From assembly GCA_019058365.1 (NCBI GenBank), contig JAHPZE010000010.1:32001-96000 (forward strand): DNA of 64,000 bases, read 5' to 3'. How positions within the stretch are numbered: the stretch's first letter is position 1; every line of letters starts with the position of its first letter. Made by a program: the position numbers and the translations under genes. Below are positions 1 to 11,170 of the stretch, piece by piece. Under the pieces are notes generated by a model. It did no database searches and was not told where the DNA came from. It was given only the letters and a program-made list of their open reading frames with translations. The DNA comes from Promethearchaeota archaeon (lineage in GTDB: Archaea > Asgardarchaeota > Lokiarchaeia > Sigyniarchaeales > SOKP01).

Positions 1-2
1 GA

Positions 3-377
3 GTGATCGGTATAATAGGCGGTTTAGGCTTTATTATTTTTACATTAAAACCATATGAAAAAAATTCTATTATTTATGGATATGCTTTTGGAATAATAAT
101 TATGCTACTAGCTTACTTTGACTCACAGGATCATCATCTACTCAATCTAACTCCAATATTAATAATAATTATTTTTAATTTTCCTAGGCATTCATCGAAT
201 ACAAATCCTGTAAAATTCAGTTTATATTTTCTTAATTTTTTTGATCTAATTTTTGTTGGTATTTGGCATATTACATATCTGTTATTTCCTTATAATTTCG
301 AATCTACTTTCTTCCTTATTTTGGCTTTCTATGGAATAAGTAAATATTGTATAATCTATCAACAAAATCAAATATAG
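3..377 (+). CDS. C-terminal part of a multi-pass membrane protein (5' end probably outside the window)
   Basis: Hydrophobic segments throughout; the ORF starts at the window edge. Confidence 0.6.
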   Translation: MIGIIGGLGFIIFTLKPYEKNSIIYGYAFGIIIMLLAYFDSQDHHLLNLTPILIIIIFNFPRHSSNTNPVKFSLYFLNFFDLIFVGIWHITYLLFPYNFESTFFLILAFYGISKYCIIYQQNQI

Positions 378-512
378 AAGTATCTAAATTTGAAAAAAAA
401 AGTACTTACTAGAATTTCTTTTTCTTTTTTTGTTAATAACAAATATTATATCAAGTGCAACTGCTAATAACTCTCAAGTTGGAGTTAATAGTAATCAAGA
501 AATAATCTAGAA

Positions 513-544
513 ATGTAATTTATATGTAATTTATATGTAATTTA
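513..544. repeat. 11-bp tandem repeat ATGTAATTTAT x3
   Basis: Seen directly at 513-523, 524-534 and 535-544. Confidence 0.85.
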
Positions 545-1868
545 AACTAAATTATTCGGAAAAGCTAAAATTAATTATTCTCTGGAACTAACTTATTATT
601 AAGCGAAACGATATATTAATACTTATTAAAATTTTACCTATTTTTTTACATTTTAAGGCGTTTAATCTTTTAATTATTTTGTATTGCTAAATTTTGGTAG
701 TTACAAAACCCTGTGATGGGTTTTAAATCTTTCACTACTTTTTTTTTTAAAGGAAATCTTCATCACTAGGTCCAACAATTCTTTTAATGCATTCAACCCG
801 TGAATAATGTCTGAATTTATACAAGTTTGAGAGCACATCATCAAAAAACTCAAACTCAATTACAGGAAACGTTTTAGATATATTTTTCAATGAATATAAT
901 TTAATCTTTATCAATTTCTCATATTTCTATCTTTGCATATCCTTCCCCTAAATTGGTACCCAAAGTAAAAAAAAAATCTTTTATCCTAAAAGGAATTGAA
1001 AATTAGTTCAAAAATTCATCTTGAGGGGATTTTAGCAGCTAAATTATAGTTATGGAACAAAAATTATTATTCCAGGATAAACTTCATTTCAAAAATAAAT
1101 ATATCTTTTTTGAAAATTTACCTTTTTGGAAAAATAAAGATTTAAATAAAATTTTTTTTATAAAAATGTCAAACTTTATTGCAATAAAATTCTTGATAAT
1201 GTATATAGACCGCAAGAAATCTTTAAAACATTCAGAACGTGATTTCAAAATGTATATTGATTTTGATCCAAGAATTAATGTGTTTTATCATAATTTCTTT
1301 TTGATGAATATAAAATCGTTTTAAAGATAGCTTTAACAACCCTATTAAACGATAATGACAATTTCTGGGACATTACCACCAATTACAGAGGTTACCTAGA
1401 TACTTAATATGAGAAATTTAACCTTGCAAAATATGTGTATTTATTACACTTTATATAAAGATTTAAGAACTACTTTTATTTTTAAACTGATAATAAAAAA
1501 AAAGAATATTATTATGTATTACAAAGTTCAGATTTAAAAGATTCCAGTCCAATATGTTCTTTGAGATACTTATTACTATTTATGGTAAAAGTCTTGAATG
1601 AACCGGGATTAAAATAATCTAACCATTGACTTGAATCATCTTTATAATAAGCTTCAAACTCTTTTAATTTGACACTAAGTATTCTAGGCATTCTTTATTT
1701 CACAATCAAATCATTATCCTTTTTCAAGCTACATGACTATTTAACATTCTTTCTAATAGAAAATAAAATTTTAAGATGGGTGATTGATTAATTTCTATTC
1801 TAATTGCATTTATTCAAGAATTTGTGGAGTGTTAAAACCATAGATATCTTTAAAAAGATCCTTACTAA

Positions 1869-2474
1869 TTAGGAAAAGAAATCATAAATCCCTTGTTGTA
1901 GTTTTGAAATTATAATCATTAATTTTAAAAGAGCCTCTAAGTATTTCTTATCTTGTGTTACTTGAGGATTCTTATAGTCTCCTTCAAGCGTGAGAATATT
2001 TGTTAATTGCTTTATGTTGAGAGAAATGTGAGTAAAACAGCTTGAAGTTCTATTGTATTTGTTTATAAATTCTTTTAATATATTTAAAGCGAGATCTGAC
2101 TTTAAGAACTCATCAGGATCCAGAAGTCCAGTTGGAGCAATAATATCAAAATACTTTCCAATTTTCTCTATTAATTTCTCACTTAAGATGTCTCATTGTT
2201 CGCTTAGTGCGTAATGTAATCTATTAATTCTCTCTGTAAATAATTTGGAAGTTTCTCGAGTTAAATCCATAGAGACTGACATCCCTATTCTAGCTCCGGT
2301 TTTTAGTTGTATTATATTCCAGAGTATTGTAAATAAAATATCTAAAGAATTTTCGAACTTTTCAGTAATTATCTCATTTTTTTCCCTATTGCTTACTTCT
2401 TTAGCATATTTTGACCCTTTTTTTGAAGATAATTCTAAAAACAAATGAAATAAATCCTTATTGTTAGATATTAT
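1869..2474 (-). pseudogene. Paralog of the 63225-63830 hypothetical gene, interrupted by an in-frame TGA at 2193-2195
   Basis: The frame continues past the TGA as DILSEKLIEKIGKYFDIIAP...GIYDFFS*. It is colinear with the paralog and the same length (606 nt). The TGA aligns with an Arg codon. Confidence 0.8.
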
Positions 2475-3100
2475 TTTTCCCCTTTAAGTCTATAATTATT
2501 ATTAAAACTTAGCTGCTATATTGAAAAGGAAAATAGCTAAGGTTCGATTTTTAAGGATGTCTTACTAAATGCTCTGACAATAATTTAAAAATTCCTCGTT
2601 ATTATATAATTATTTTTTTCAATTGATTTATGTACTCAAAGAACAGAAAATCAACTTGAGGTAGAGAATCTTTATCTAAATTGTTAAACTGTATGAAATT
2701 TTAAAAAATGGGATAAACTTTCTATATTTAAAAGAAATTAATTTATTCGTGAAAGAAAGCATTCATTATACCTTGAGAATGTTGTTCTGTCAAGGCTAAA
2801 CAAATCAACTCTACCTTTGAATATAGGAGAAAAACTTGGAAATACGAAAAGTGTTTGAGAAAGTTAAATGGTTTGTGGATTGGGAATATAAAGAAAAACG
2901 TCCCAAATCAGTCCAAGCTTTAAGGGTGAAAGGTCAGACATTATTTACTATAGGAGCACTTCCTGATTATCAAATGAAAAGCATTGGACCTGTAAATTTA
3001 TATTGTTATTTCTGATTATGGAGACACTCTTACTGTCTATTTTTTTAATAGGCTTGGAGATAAGTTAGGAAGTAAAAAATACGAGCCTACACCAAAATTT

Positions 3101-4093
3101 ATGAAAGAACTCAAAAAATCTACTACTCTAAAATATCACCTCCCTAAAGAAGAAAAAATAAGTTTTGAAGATTCTACATCGCTTTTTCAAAAAGAATTTA
3201 CTAAAATACATCGACAAATCAATTATAGACTCGGCATTTCTCATAGAGATCCTTCTACAATTTTAGCGGATAAAAGCTTGAAATTCACCCCAAATAGAAT
3301 GTGTGGATGTAAAAAAGTAAAGAAAGAGCTTCATGTTCCTTCTGACATAAAAGAAAAACAATACTTTGAAGTTATGACTATATTCGAATGGTTTTATTCA
3401 TATCTCTCTTCAATAATATCGATGACTGAAGTAGTAAAAAGCAAATTTATCATATCTGAATTAGCGGTATTATTAAGTACGGCCTATAATCCTGATAATT
3501 TTAATAAAATTTCCAAATTAATTCTCTCACCCTATATGATAGAGATACAAAAATATCAATGTAACTTGACAGAATTAATGATTACTACTTTAGATTCAAT
3601 TTCTCAATCGGATAGAGACCAAAAAAATGATTTAATTTTCTTACTAAAGCGATATCTTGTTATCCTACAACACCTAAGACAGTATAAAATAGAATTATCT
3701 CTGATAGAACTTGCACAATCGTTCCAACATTCGTGCGAAATATTCAACTCGAATAATGATACCTATATACTCTATACTAGTGAAAAAGAAGACATTACCG
3801 GCTACTTTTATTTCAAGATTTTTTCGAGATCGCATGAAATAGCAAAAGAACTCAATATGGAACAGTTAGAATATAAGACATTTTTCCTATCTACCATTTT
3901 TGGATTAACCATATTGGAATCAAATGAAGTTGAGACAGCTCATAAATCGCTAAAAGAAGTAATAGATAATACGCATTCTAAGATGAACAATCCATTAGTT
4001 TCCACACAAATAGGTGAGATTAATAATCTTGTCTCAGATTTAATTTCTAAATACATTATCTCTCAATTGTCTATAAATATGCGTACGGTATAA
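3101..4093 (+). CDS. Hypothetical protein (330 aa)
   Basis: Long ORF with no recognised motif. Confidence 0.7.
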   Translation: MKELKKSTTLKYHLPKEEKISFEDSTSLFQKEFTKIHRQINYRLGISHRDPSTILADKSLKFTPNRMCGCKKVKKELHVPSDIKEKQYFEVMTIFEWFYSYLSSIISMTEVVKSKFIISELAVLLSTAYNPDNFNKISKLILSPYMIEIQKYQCNLTELMITTLDSISQSDRDQKNDLIFLLKRYLVILQHLRQYKIELSLIELAQSFQHSCEIFNSNNDTYILYTSEKEDITGYFYFKIFSRSHEIAKELNMEQLEYKTFFLSTIFGLTILESNEVETAHKSLKEVIDNTHSKMNNPLVSTQIGEINNLVSDLISKYIISQLSINMRTV

Positions 4094-4104
4094 AAGGTAA
4101 TGTT

Positions 4105-4383
4105 ATGGATGTGGTATTAGAAATTCAAAATCCCACCAATTATCCACTACAAGATTTTAAGTATAAATTAATATGGAAACCAGAAAATAGAATAAAGCTT
4201 ACAACCTCAACTGATATAACAAAATCTCGAGATCTTCATGAGATATTAAAAAGAAATTATTTATTTGAGATAGTGGATAAAGGTGTAATTACTCTTACTT
4301 GTATAATCTCCTTTACTAGTCCAATATTTAATGAAGAAACAATAGAAAATTCTATATTATTAGAAAAAATAGTTATAAATTAA
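4105..4383 (+). CDS. Hypothetical protein (92 aa, beta-rich)
   Basis: Starts 11 bp after the previous ORF, with an AGGT SD-like site. Confidence 0.6.
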   Translation: MDVVLEIQNPTNYPLQDFKYKLIWKPENRIKLTTSTDITKSRDLHEILKRNYLFEIVDKGVITLTCIISFTSPIFNEETIENSILLEKIVIN

Positions 4384-4826
4384 GTTAAATCTGAATATAA
4401 GATTTTAACCCTAATCCAATTGAGAAAAGGGAACTTACTGAAAAGATTAAAGAGTGTCGCATCACTTTTTACCGAGTAATGAAGATATAACAAATGACAG
4501 CATTGAGAAAGTATCTAAAAAACTCAAGAGATAATCATTAAGTTATAGAAATCTTTGAAGAACATTCCTAACTTCCAAATTTTTTAATATTAACAAAAAA
4601 AAAAATAAATTCTTATATACAAATATTTTATTAAAATTTGTGAAAAATTAAAAAGTTCAATCAAGCAGCATTGGACATTATGAACTTTAATAAGTTTTGA
4701 AGTTTTGGACCTAATATTCATTATTGCTTTAAAGAAATTTATTCTAGTAATATCTGACGTAAATCAATTTTCATTTGTCATAATTCTTTTTGTATTACTT
4801 TATATACAATTTTCTAAAGAAAATTA

Positions 4827-5693
4827 TTATTTTAACAAATCTTTTTTTGACAAATAATTTCTATTATAATAATGAATAACACCCATTCCCGCAGTTCGGT
4901 TTACTCCAACATTAGTGTATTCACCAAATCGGCTTAAAATATCTAACCAGCAACAATTACTCTTATAATCTGCGTTTATGTATTCATAATCGTAAGAACG
5001 ATCTTCATCTTCTAAGAAATGCTTATAATAGAGTCTATTAATTTTTGATACTTTAAATGAAACGCTACCTATACCCCCTATAACAGGCTTCGGCTTTCCA
5101 ATATTTACTCGAACCGTTCTCATATTATAACTACTTACATACACATGTGCGTTAACCCAATTTAACAAGGTTTCACGTGCAACCTCAGAGGTCCCTTTCA
5201 TTATATCATTCCAAATATTCGCCAAATTACCGAAAAAAATTAGAGGGATCGGAAATCTAACAGGATAATCCCCCATACTGGTATTAAAAGAAACAGGACG
5301 GAAAAAGTGAATACGTAAATTGATTACGGGTTGAGCACTCTCCATAAAATCTATTGGATTTATACGCTCAAACTGTATTTTCGAAATAAAATATCGTTTT
5401 TGCCCTAAGGTTAAATATCCCTTTTCATTGGAAATAATATCATTTAGAATTGCATCGCTCAAATCATCATGATAAGTAGTAAGTATGAAGTCTAATTTAG
5501 GCATTTTGTTATGAATGATGTAATTGATCGCATACGGACGGATTTCTTCCCTCTCGTGGAATACATGAACCAGTTCGGGCTTAATCTCATGAAGCCATTT
5601 CATTATTACTGCTCTGAATACATACCCATAAGGATGCTCGTAGGGCTTGATGTGTCCGTCTTCGGGATATAGCTCGAAAGTTAATTTTAACAT
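4827..5693 (-). CDS. cas6: CRISPR precrRNA endoribonuclease Cas6
   Basis: C-terminal G-rich loop GEYTNVGVNRTAGMG; last gene of the type I operon. Confidence 0.93.
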   Translation of the reverse strand: MLKLTFELYPEDGHIKPYEHPYGYVFRAVIMKWLHEIKPELVHVFHEREEIRPYAINYIIHNKMPKLDFILTTYHDDLSDAILNDIISNEKGYLTLGQKRYFISKIQFERINPIDFMESAQPVINLRIHFFRPVSFNTSMGDYPVRFPIPLIFFGNLANIWNDIMKGTSEVARETLLNWVNAHVYVSSYNMRTVRVNIGKPKPVIGGIGSVSFKVSKINRLYYKHFLEDEDRSYDYEYINADYKSNCCWLDILSRFGEYTNVGVNRTAGMGVIHYYNRNYLSKKDLLK

Positions 5694-5707
5694 AGTATTA
5701 TCCCTTT

Positions 5708-7987
5708 TTATAAAATTAGTCCTAATTCTGAATTATAGTCTATATTAAGAAATTCGATATTTTCCGTCTTTTTGTATTTAATGATTTTTTCTTGTTTTTT
5801 TAATTCGATATATTTATAATCTGGAATAGGTAAATAGAATTTCATTAACTTATAAAAATGCCTATTCTCAATAAGGTTTACAGCCTTGTTGTAAAATTTT
5901 AGAGGAATAACCTCTTTAGAACAGAATAAATTGAAAAAAAAATCCTCTGCAGTTTTATTATATTCAAAAGGAATCATATCTTTAATGATTGAGCTAAAAG
6001 CAGATTGAATCTGCTGAGATAGTTTTTGTTCTTCCAGATTATATCCTTTCTGATATACATCATCAAGTAATTCTTGTAATTTATATTCCGATAACGTTTC
6101 TTCATTTGAAAGTGCTTTAAGTGTCTTTTTTGTTATTTCTTGAGAATATATCAAATGATCATACGGTGAGCCTTTCGAAAATACATTTAAAATTCCCAAT
6201 TTTGTTTTTTCAACATTTTTATGGCCAAGTCGATTTACTCTACCCGCTCTTTGAATAAGGGCATCTAAAGGAGCAGGTTCCGTAAATAAGACATCAAAAC
6301 TTATATCCAAAGAAACTTCAATTGCTTGGGTACCTACTAATAAATCGCAATTAATTAGCTCCTTTTCCTTCAAGTTCCTATCTCCTTGAGTGAATCTACT
6401 GTGAATTAAGATTGGATTTTTACTATGTGGTTTCAAATTTTTATATATCTCTTGGGCGGTTTTAACGGTATTACATACTACTAATACCTTTTTTCCATTT
6501 AATAATTCTTTAGTAATTAAAGCTAAATTGTCTGAAATCATTCCATCCTGAATTTTTATCTTATAACGGATCATCTGTTTAAGTAATTGATTATTCAGAT
6601 AAATAATATTTGTATTTTGTATATTTAGTCTGTCTATGATTAAAGTCTTTAGAAAAGAAGGGATTGTAGCAGACATTATAAATATTTTTGTATTAAAATA
6701 ATGAATCAAAATAGATAGCATTTCAATTATTAATGTTGTAGTTCTGACATCATAGGCATGAATCTCATCTATAATAATAAGAGAACCAGTTAATTCTGAA
6801 AATTGTTGCTCAAATCCTTTAATTTGAAAAAATACTTTAAGAATTTGAAAGGGGGTTAATATTTTTATTGGAAGATAAATCTTACGGCAAAGATCTAGTT
6901 TTTTTTTAACCTCAAATAAGATATTCTCATATGATTCATCTTCTTTAGTATCAGCTTTGTATAAATCATAGAGAAATGTATTGGTCTTACTATGCAAAAT
7001 TCCGATTAAATCCTTTTTATTAAATCCTAAAGTAAATCTTTTATACATCGCATTTATACTTGCTATATAAGGTAAAAGATAGAAAATTCGGTTAGAAAAA
7101 GTGGTGTCCATATTATTCCATGCCCATAAGAGGGCTGCTTCGGTTTTTCCGTATCCCGTAGGTGCGATAAGTATGCAATTATCATTGATGTGCTTAGTCA
7201 TATTCTGGATTTCATTTAAAATAAAGGTCTTTATCCATGGAATCTCGGATGGTAATGTTGAGATATGATAAACTCCAGCAGAAGCCAGATGATCAGATGC
7301 AGTTACGAATCCTTTCATAAAGATCCCATATCTATTATAAATTGGAGGACCATAAAAAAATCCTTCTTGTAATCTTAAATTTTTTAATTTTGTAATATCC
7401 TTTAAATACTTCTTAAGAAAGTAGAAGTATGCATCTTGATAACCTATACCAGAACGAGTGTCATCCAAATCACTTATTTTAGGTAAAGTGAAATTAGTTA
7501 GCTCTTTTCCTAAATATTCTTTAGAAAATTTTGGAATAAAATTTTTCATTATATCTGTTAAATGTTCTAAATTACCTTTTATTTCAGATAATTTTTCTTG
7601 AAATCTTTGATAACCAGGTATAATGGGAGGATCAGTTCCATATCTTAAGCGTAAATAACTTACATCTTTATGATGAGTAATGATTGCTAATGCTATTGCT
7701 TGTTTTATAGGTTCAGGATAATCTAAATATCCCACAAAGCCTGCGGATAAAACTTCATGCCTATAATTCCATTTAAATCCTTTTCCGCTCTTTGATAATA
7801 AGTTTTGAAAACCAGATGCCGCTTTTCCAAAATCATGTAAAAATATAGAATAAAAAAGATGTTCAAAAAAATCAGGAACATTACATAAATTAGGAATGGT
7901 CGGATAAATTTTTTTAATTTCTCTAAATATTTTTAAAGCGTTTTCTGTATGCTCAATAAGACTTTCATTATCTTTGGCAAGAATCAT
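5708..7987 (-). CDS. cas3: CRISPR helicase/HD nuclease Cas3
   Basis: HD domain (LHDFGK, RHE, HH, ASDH) plus SF2 motifs APTGYGKT, DEIH, MSAT and QRAGRVNR. Confidence 0.97.
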   Translation of the reverse strand: MILAKDNESLIEHTENALKIFREIKKIYPTIPNLCNVPDFFEHLFYSIFLHDFGKAASGFQNLLSKSGKGFKWNYRHEVLSAGFVGYLDYPEPIKQAIALAIITHHKDVSYLRLRYGTDPPIIPGYQRFQEKLSEIKGNLEHLTDIMKNFIPKFSKEYLGKELTNFTLPKISDLDDTRSGIGYQDAYFYFLKKYLKDITKLKNLRLQEGFFYGPPIYNRYGIFMKGFVTASDHLASAGVYHISTLPSEIPWIKTFILNEIQNMTKHINDNCILIAPTGYGKTEAALLWAWNNMDTTFSNRIFYLLPYIASINAMYKRFTLGFNKKDLIGILHSKTNTFLYDLYKADTKEDESYENILFEVKKKLDLCRKIYLPIKILTPFQILKVFFQIKGFEQQFSELTGSLIIIDEIHAYDVRTTTLIIEMLSILIHYFNTKIFIMSATIPSFLKTLIIDRLNIQNTNIIYLNNQLLKQMIRYKIKIQDGMISDNLALITKELLNGKKVLVVCNTVKTAQEIYKNLKPHSKNPILIHSRFTQGDRNLKEKELINCDLLVGTQAIEVSLDISFDVLFTEPAPLDALIQRAGRVNRLGHKNVEKTKLGILNVFSKGSPYDHLIYSQEITKKTLKALSNEETLSEYKLQELLDDVYQKGYNLEEQKLSQQIQSAFSSIIKDMIPFEYNKTAEDFFFNLFCSKEVIPLKFYNKAVNLIENRHFYKLMKFYLPIPDYKYIELKKQEKIIKYKKTENIEFLNIDYNSELGLIL

Positions 7988-7992
7988 ATCTA

Positions 7993-8652
7993 TTATTTAT
8001 TTTTTTGTAGGCCTAATGAATCAATATCATGAATCCAAATCCCAAAATCAAATTCAGAATCATACCAAATCTCTTCTGGGTATGGTTCCCAATTTTCAAG
8101 AATAACAAAAGGTTGCACTCCAATAGCCTCCCTTGGGATATCTTGAGTCATATACACAGGAAGAGACTGAATAATTCCTTTTATTAAAGACGAATTATAC
8201 GGAACAATTGTCTTTCCCAATTTCTTATTTTTTTCTTTAATTAAATCAATATTTTTCACTTCTAAAACTGTTGCAAGTTCTGTTGACCGTCCTAATAATA
8301 AAGGAAATTGAGGTTGTGTAAAATTTATAGTAAAGTCATGATTCTTTTGCAAATAAATGAATAAATGACATTCAAATAGATTTTCTCGTTTAATGATGTT
8401 TGATTTTGCTTCTTTTAGACTTTCTAATTCAAAAATACTTTCCAAATCGATAAATTTAGTATTATATAAGAAAATATATCCCATATTTATATCATACGGA
8501 GTTATTTGTTTCCCTGCCACACACGAGAGTAGCCCATATATTGTGGATAAGGGCGGAATCGGTATAGTTGGCTGAATGCCGATCATAAATCTCGGATATC
8601 GGAAAGAAGATGTCCAAGAATATATATGGATTCGATCTACCTTCATGTTCAC
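7993..8652 (-). CDS. cas5: Type I-B Cas5
   Basis: SSFRYP...PIPPLSTIYGLL and LLGRSTE motifs; sits between cas7 and cas3. Confidence 0.93.
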   Translation of the reverse strand: MNMKVDRIHIYSWTSSFRYPRFMIGIQPTIPIPPLSTIYGLLSCVAGKQITPYDINMGYIFLYNTKFIDLESIFELESLKEAKSNIIKRENLFECHLFIYLQKNHDFTINFTQPQFPLLLGRSTELATVLEVKNIDLIKEKNKKLGKTIVPYNSSLIKGIIQSLPVYMTQDIPREAIGVQPFVILENWEPYPEEIWYDSEFDFGIWIHDIDSLGLQKNK

Positions 8653-9650
8653 TTCATTAATTCAGGGATTATTTTGCTATATTCTGTTAGTATTTCTTTT
8701 ATATCAATCTTATAAATAATATTTATCTTATTTTTTTCCATTTCTTTACAAAATGATTGAATGTCTTGATCTATTGAATCCAAAAAACCTGCCCTTCTTC
8801 CTATATAGACATCTGTCAATAATTGTTCTTTATATTCAATTAAAACCTTTTTCAATGCATCTAAGTTTATTTTGAACTCATCATCTTTTTCCTCAAGAAT
8901 ATTCATAAGGATATGGTTTCCACTATTTAAAGTTGTTAATATTACGAATTTCGGGGCAACATCAGTCAAATTAGAAGCTTGTTTTGCTCCTCCATCGAAT
9001 AAATAGAGAGCTTTTAACACATCTTGAATTCTTTTTATTCTTGAGTCTTTATCTAATACAAAATTACCAGCAATTTCAGTGAGATTTTCTTTAGCATTCT
9101 CTAAATTTTCCTTACTTAAATTCTTAAAACCGGAGCGATTTTTATCGCTAAAGACACCTGCTCTGTCTAAATCAATAGAAAATATTCCCTTTAATATTGT
9201 AGAATAAAATTCATATTCAAAAGGAACTGGATCTCCCTCATGTCTCCCCATTACTGCAAAATCTGCAGTAGGTCTTTGACTGACAACTGAAATTAACGGT
9301 GACGTCTTTAAAACACTTGCTCTAGTTAATGTTTCCGAACCTTTCCCTTTAGGTGCACGCATATAACCAAAAATATCATCATCAGGATACTCTATTGGGT
9401 TCGCTTCAGTAAAAGCAATTTTCTTTTGCCGTTCGATTGGTGATAAATTCCATTTAAAATTTTGTTCCAATGTCATTCTCCACCAATATCTAAAAGCTTG
9501 TCCTGAAACATAAGGATATATCTTATTTCCTTTTCTAATGATTTTAGTTCTTGTAATATTTTCAGTACGCTCACTTGCATCTGTTCCAGCATTATTTAAT
9601 GCAGAATAAGGTGCATCAATCAAAACCAAACCATTAATATTTTTTACCAT
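8649..9650 (-). CDS. cas7: Type I-B Cas7 (Cst2/DevR family)
   Basis: SALNNAG, YVSGQAFRYWWR, NPIEYPDDDIFGYM and GGAKQ motifs. Confidence 0.95.
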   Translation of the reverse strand: MVKNINGLVLIDAPYSALNNAGTDASERTENITRTKIIRKGNKIYPYVSGQAFRYWWRMTLEQNFKWNLSPIERQKKIAFTEANPIEYPDDDIFGYMRAPKGKGSETLTRASVLKTSPLISVVSQRPTADFAVMGRHEGDPVPFEYEFYSTILKGIFSIDLDRAGVFSDKNRSGFKNLSKENLENAKENLTEIAGNFVLDKDSRIKRIQDVLKALYLFDGGAKQASNLTDVAPKFVILTTLNSGNHILMNILEEKDDEFKINLDALKKVLIEYKEQLLTDVYIGRRAGFLDSIDQDIQSFCKEMEKNKINIIYKIDIKEILTEYSKIIPELMK

Positions 9651-9674
9651 TTTTTAACCCTCTTACTTTTTAAT

Positions 9675-11033
9675 TTAAGATTCCTCTTCAATATCTTCGA
9701 TCTCCTCTTTTATACTTTCAAAATTTTTAACTAAATACTCATGGAGTTGTTCATATAACCTAAAAAGAAGTAAATCACGAGTTTCATTCCAAGATAGTGC
9801 ATCTTCAGGAAATAAGTCTTTTACAAAATCATCAAATTTTATCAATGGTTCTTCAGGATTCGTTGAAAGTCTCTCTTTGCTAATAAGGCGTAATAAATTT
9901 CGAAAAGTAAAATAATTTTTTGCCATTTCTAATTGATGTAATCTTTTTAGGTTATTCGTTTCTTGGATAAAATCAGAGATTTTATCTCCTAATATCTTTA
10001 TCGCAGTTATTCTTTCTTCTTTCATACTCCTCACATTTTTTAAATAATAACTAATTAATGCCCAATTTCCCTCAGCTTTATGATTTTTTATATCAATAAA
10101 ATATTTTATTATTGATTTATTCTTCAGTAGATTAGTATAAACAGAATTTCTATGTTTTTTAAATGCTGTTTTAATTTGCTCATCACTAGATTCATCCTTA
10201 ATCTTGAAAAATCCTTTTCTGACAATTCTATTCCAAGCGTCATTTGCACTACACTGTTTGATATATGCTAGAAACCTAAATACAGTTGAAGGTAAATGAA
10301 AAAGTTCTAAATCAGGGCCTTGATTATAATTTGTAAAATGATAAATCGTAATTGTAGGGTTTTCTTCAAACCATTGTATATCGTACTCCAATATTAAACT
10401 TTTGGCAAAATCAAATAAGGAATTTATCGGTTGTGTTATCCCAGAATCCCAGCACCCTCCAAATTCACCTAAACTGATTTGTTCATTAATAAACTTCCTA
10501 ACTTTTGTTACCCAATATTTCATTACTAAATCTGAGCTAGATTGAATTAAAACAAGTTGACTGGATTTATAGAGAATCAAGGGGCAAAATTGTATTAAAA
10601 GAGTGCATACATTACAAAAAGATGCACCTTCTACGCCTGATGGAAAAAAATTAATAAATTTATTTGATCCTACTAAAGGTATCTGATCCTTAGTTCTAAG
10701 TGACCCAACTCGTCGTTTTCCACATGCGACGCAATTACCTTTTTCCATAAGTGGTATTACATTATTACATAACTCCTTTAAAAGTTGATAATATGCTTCT
10801 TTCTTGTTTTTTACGCTGGGATTTATAAGTTTGCTATTAGGAAATACACTATATATTATTTTATTCCATTTCTCTTTAACATAAAGATCAGAGATAAAAT
10901 CTAACTGTGTTTCAAAATCTGCTTTATCTAAATTGTATGGATTGCTTTTTTCATTTAGTATTGCTAAAGCCCATGCTCCTCCATCGACAAATGGATCGCC
11001 AGTTTTAGTATAGTATATTTTGTCTTTGGTCAT
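9675..11033 (-). CDS. cas8b1: Type I-B large subunit Cas8b1/Cst1 (CXXC-CXXC)
   Basis: TGDPFVDGG N-terminus, CVACG and CNVC pairs, FTNYNQ motif; first gene of the interference operon. Confidence 0.88.
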   Translation of the reverse strand: MTKDKIYYTKTGDPFVDGGAWALAILNEKSNPYNLDKADFETQLDFISDLYVKEKWNKIIYSVFPNSKLINPSVKNKKEAYYQLLKELCNNVIPLMEKGNCVACGKRRVGSLRTKDQIPLVGSNKFINFFPSGVEGASFCNVCTLLIQFCPLILYKSSQLVLIQSSSDLVMKYWVTKVRKFINEQISLGEFGGCWDSGITQPINSLFDFAKSLILEYDIQWFEENPTITIYHFTNYNQGPDLELFHLPSTVFRFLAYIKQCSANDAWNRIVRKGFFKIKDESSDEQIKTAFKKHRNSVYTNLLKNKSIIKYFIDIKNHKAEGNWALISYYLKNVRSMKEERITAIKILGDKISDFIQETNNLKRLHQLEMAKNYFTFRNLLRLISKERLSTNPEEPLIKFDDFVKDLFPEDALSWNETRDLLLFRLYEQLHEYLVKNFESIKEEIEDIEEES

Positions 11034-11054
11034 TAATATATAATATTAACAGAT

Positions 11055-11075
11055 CTCTTTATATTTAAAATCTTA
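11055..11075 (-). promoter_or_regulatory. Putative TATA box (TTTAAATA) for a leaderless cas8-cas6 transcript
   Basis: TTTAAATA on the minus strand ~30 nt upstream of the cas8 ATG, in a 137-bp gap; no SD visible. Confidence 0.4.
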
Positions 11076-11170
11076 GGACTTAACAAATTTACGGGATTTT
11101 TTTAATAAATAATATATGGTTTATTAATGGGTAAATTAATGTTATTATATTATTATATTATCATGTCTTA

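Noticed and set aside
1052-1324. Low-complexity ORFs 1052-1324, 48339-48560, 50811-51146 and 62993-63202
   Set aside because: AT-rich composition with no SD or motif; 50811 is largely the antisense of the duplicated RHH fragment.
2193-2195. Selenocysteine recoding of the TGA
   Set aside because: It aligns with Arg in the paralog, with no Cys or redox context.
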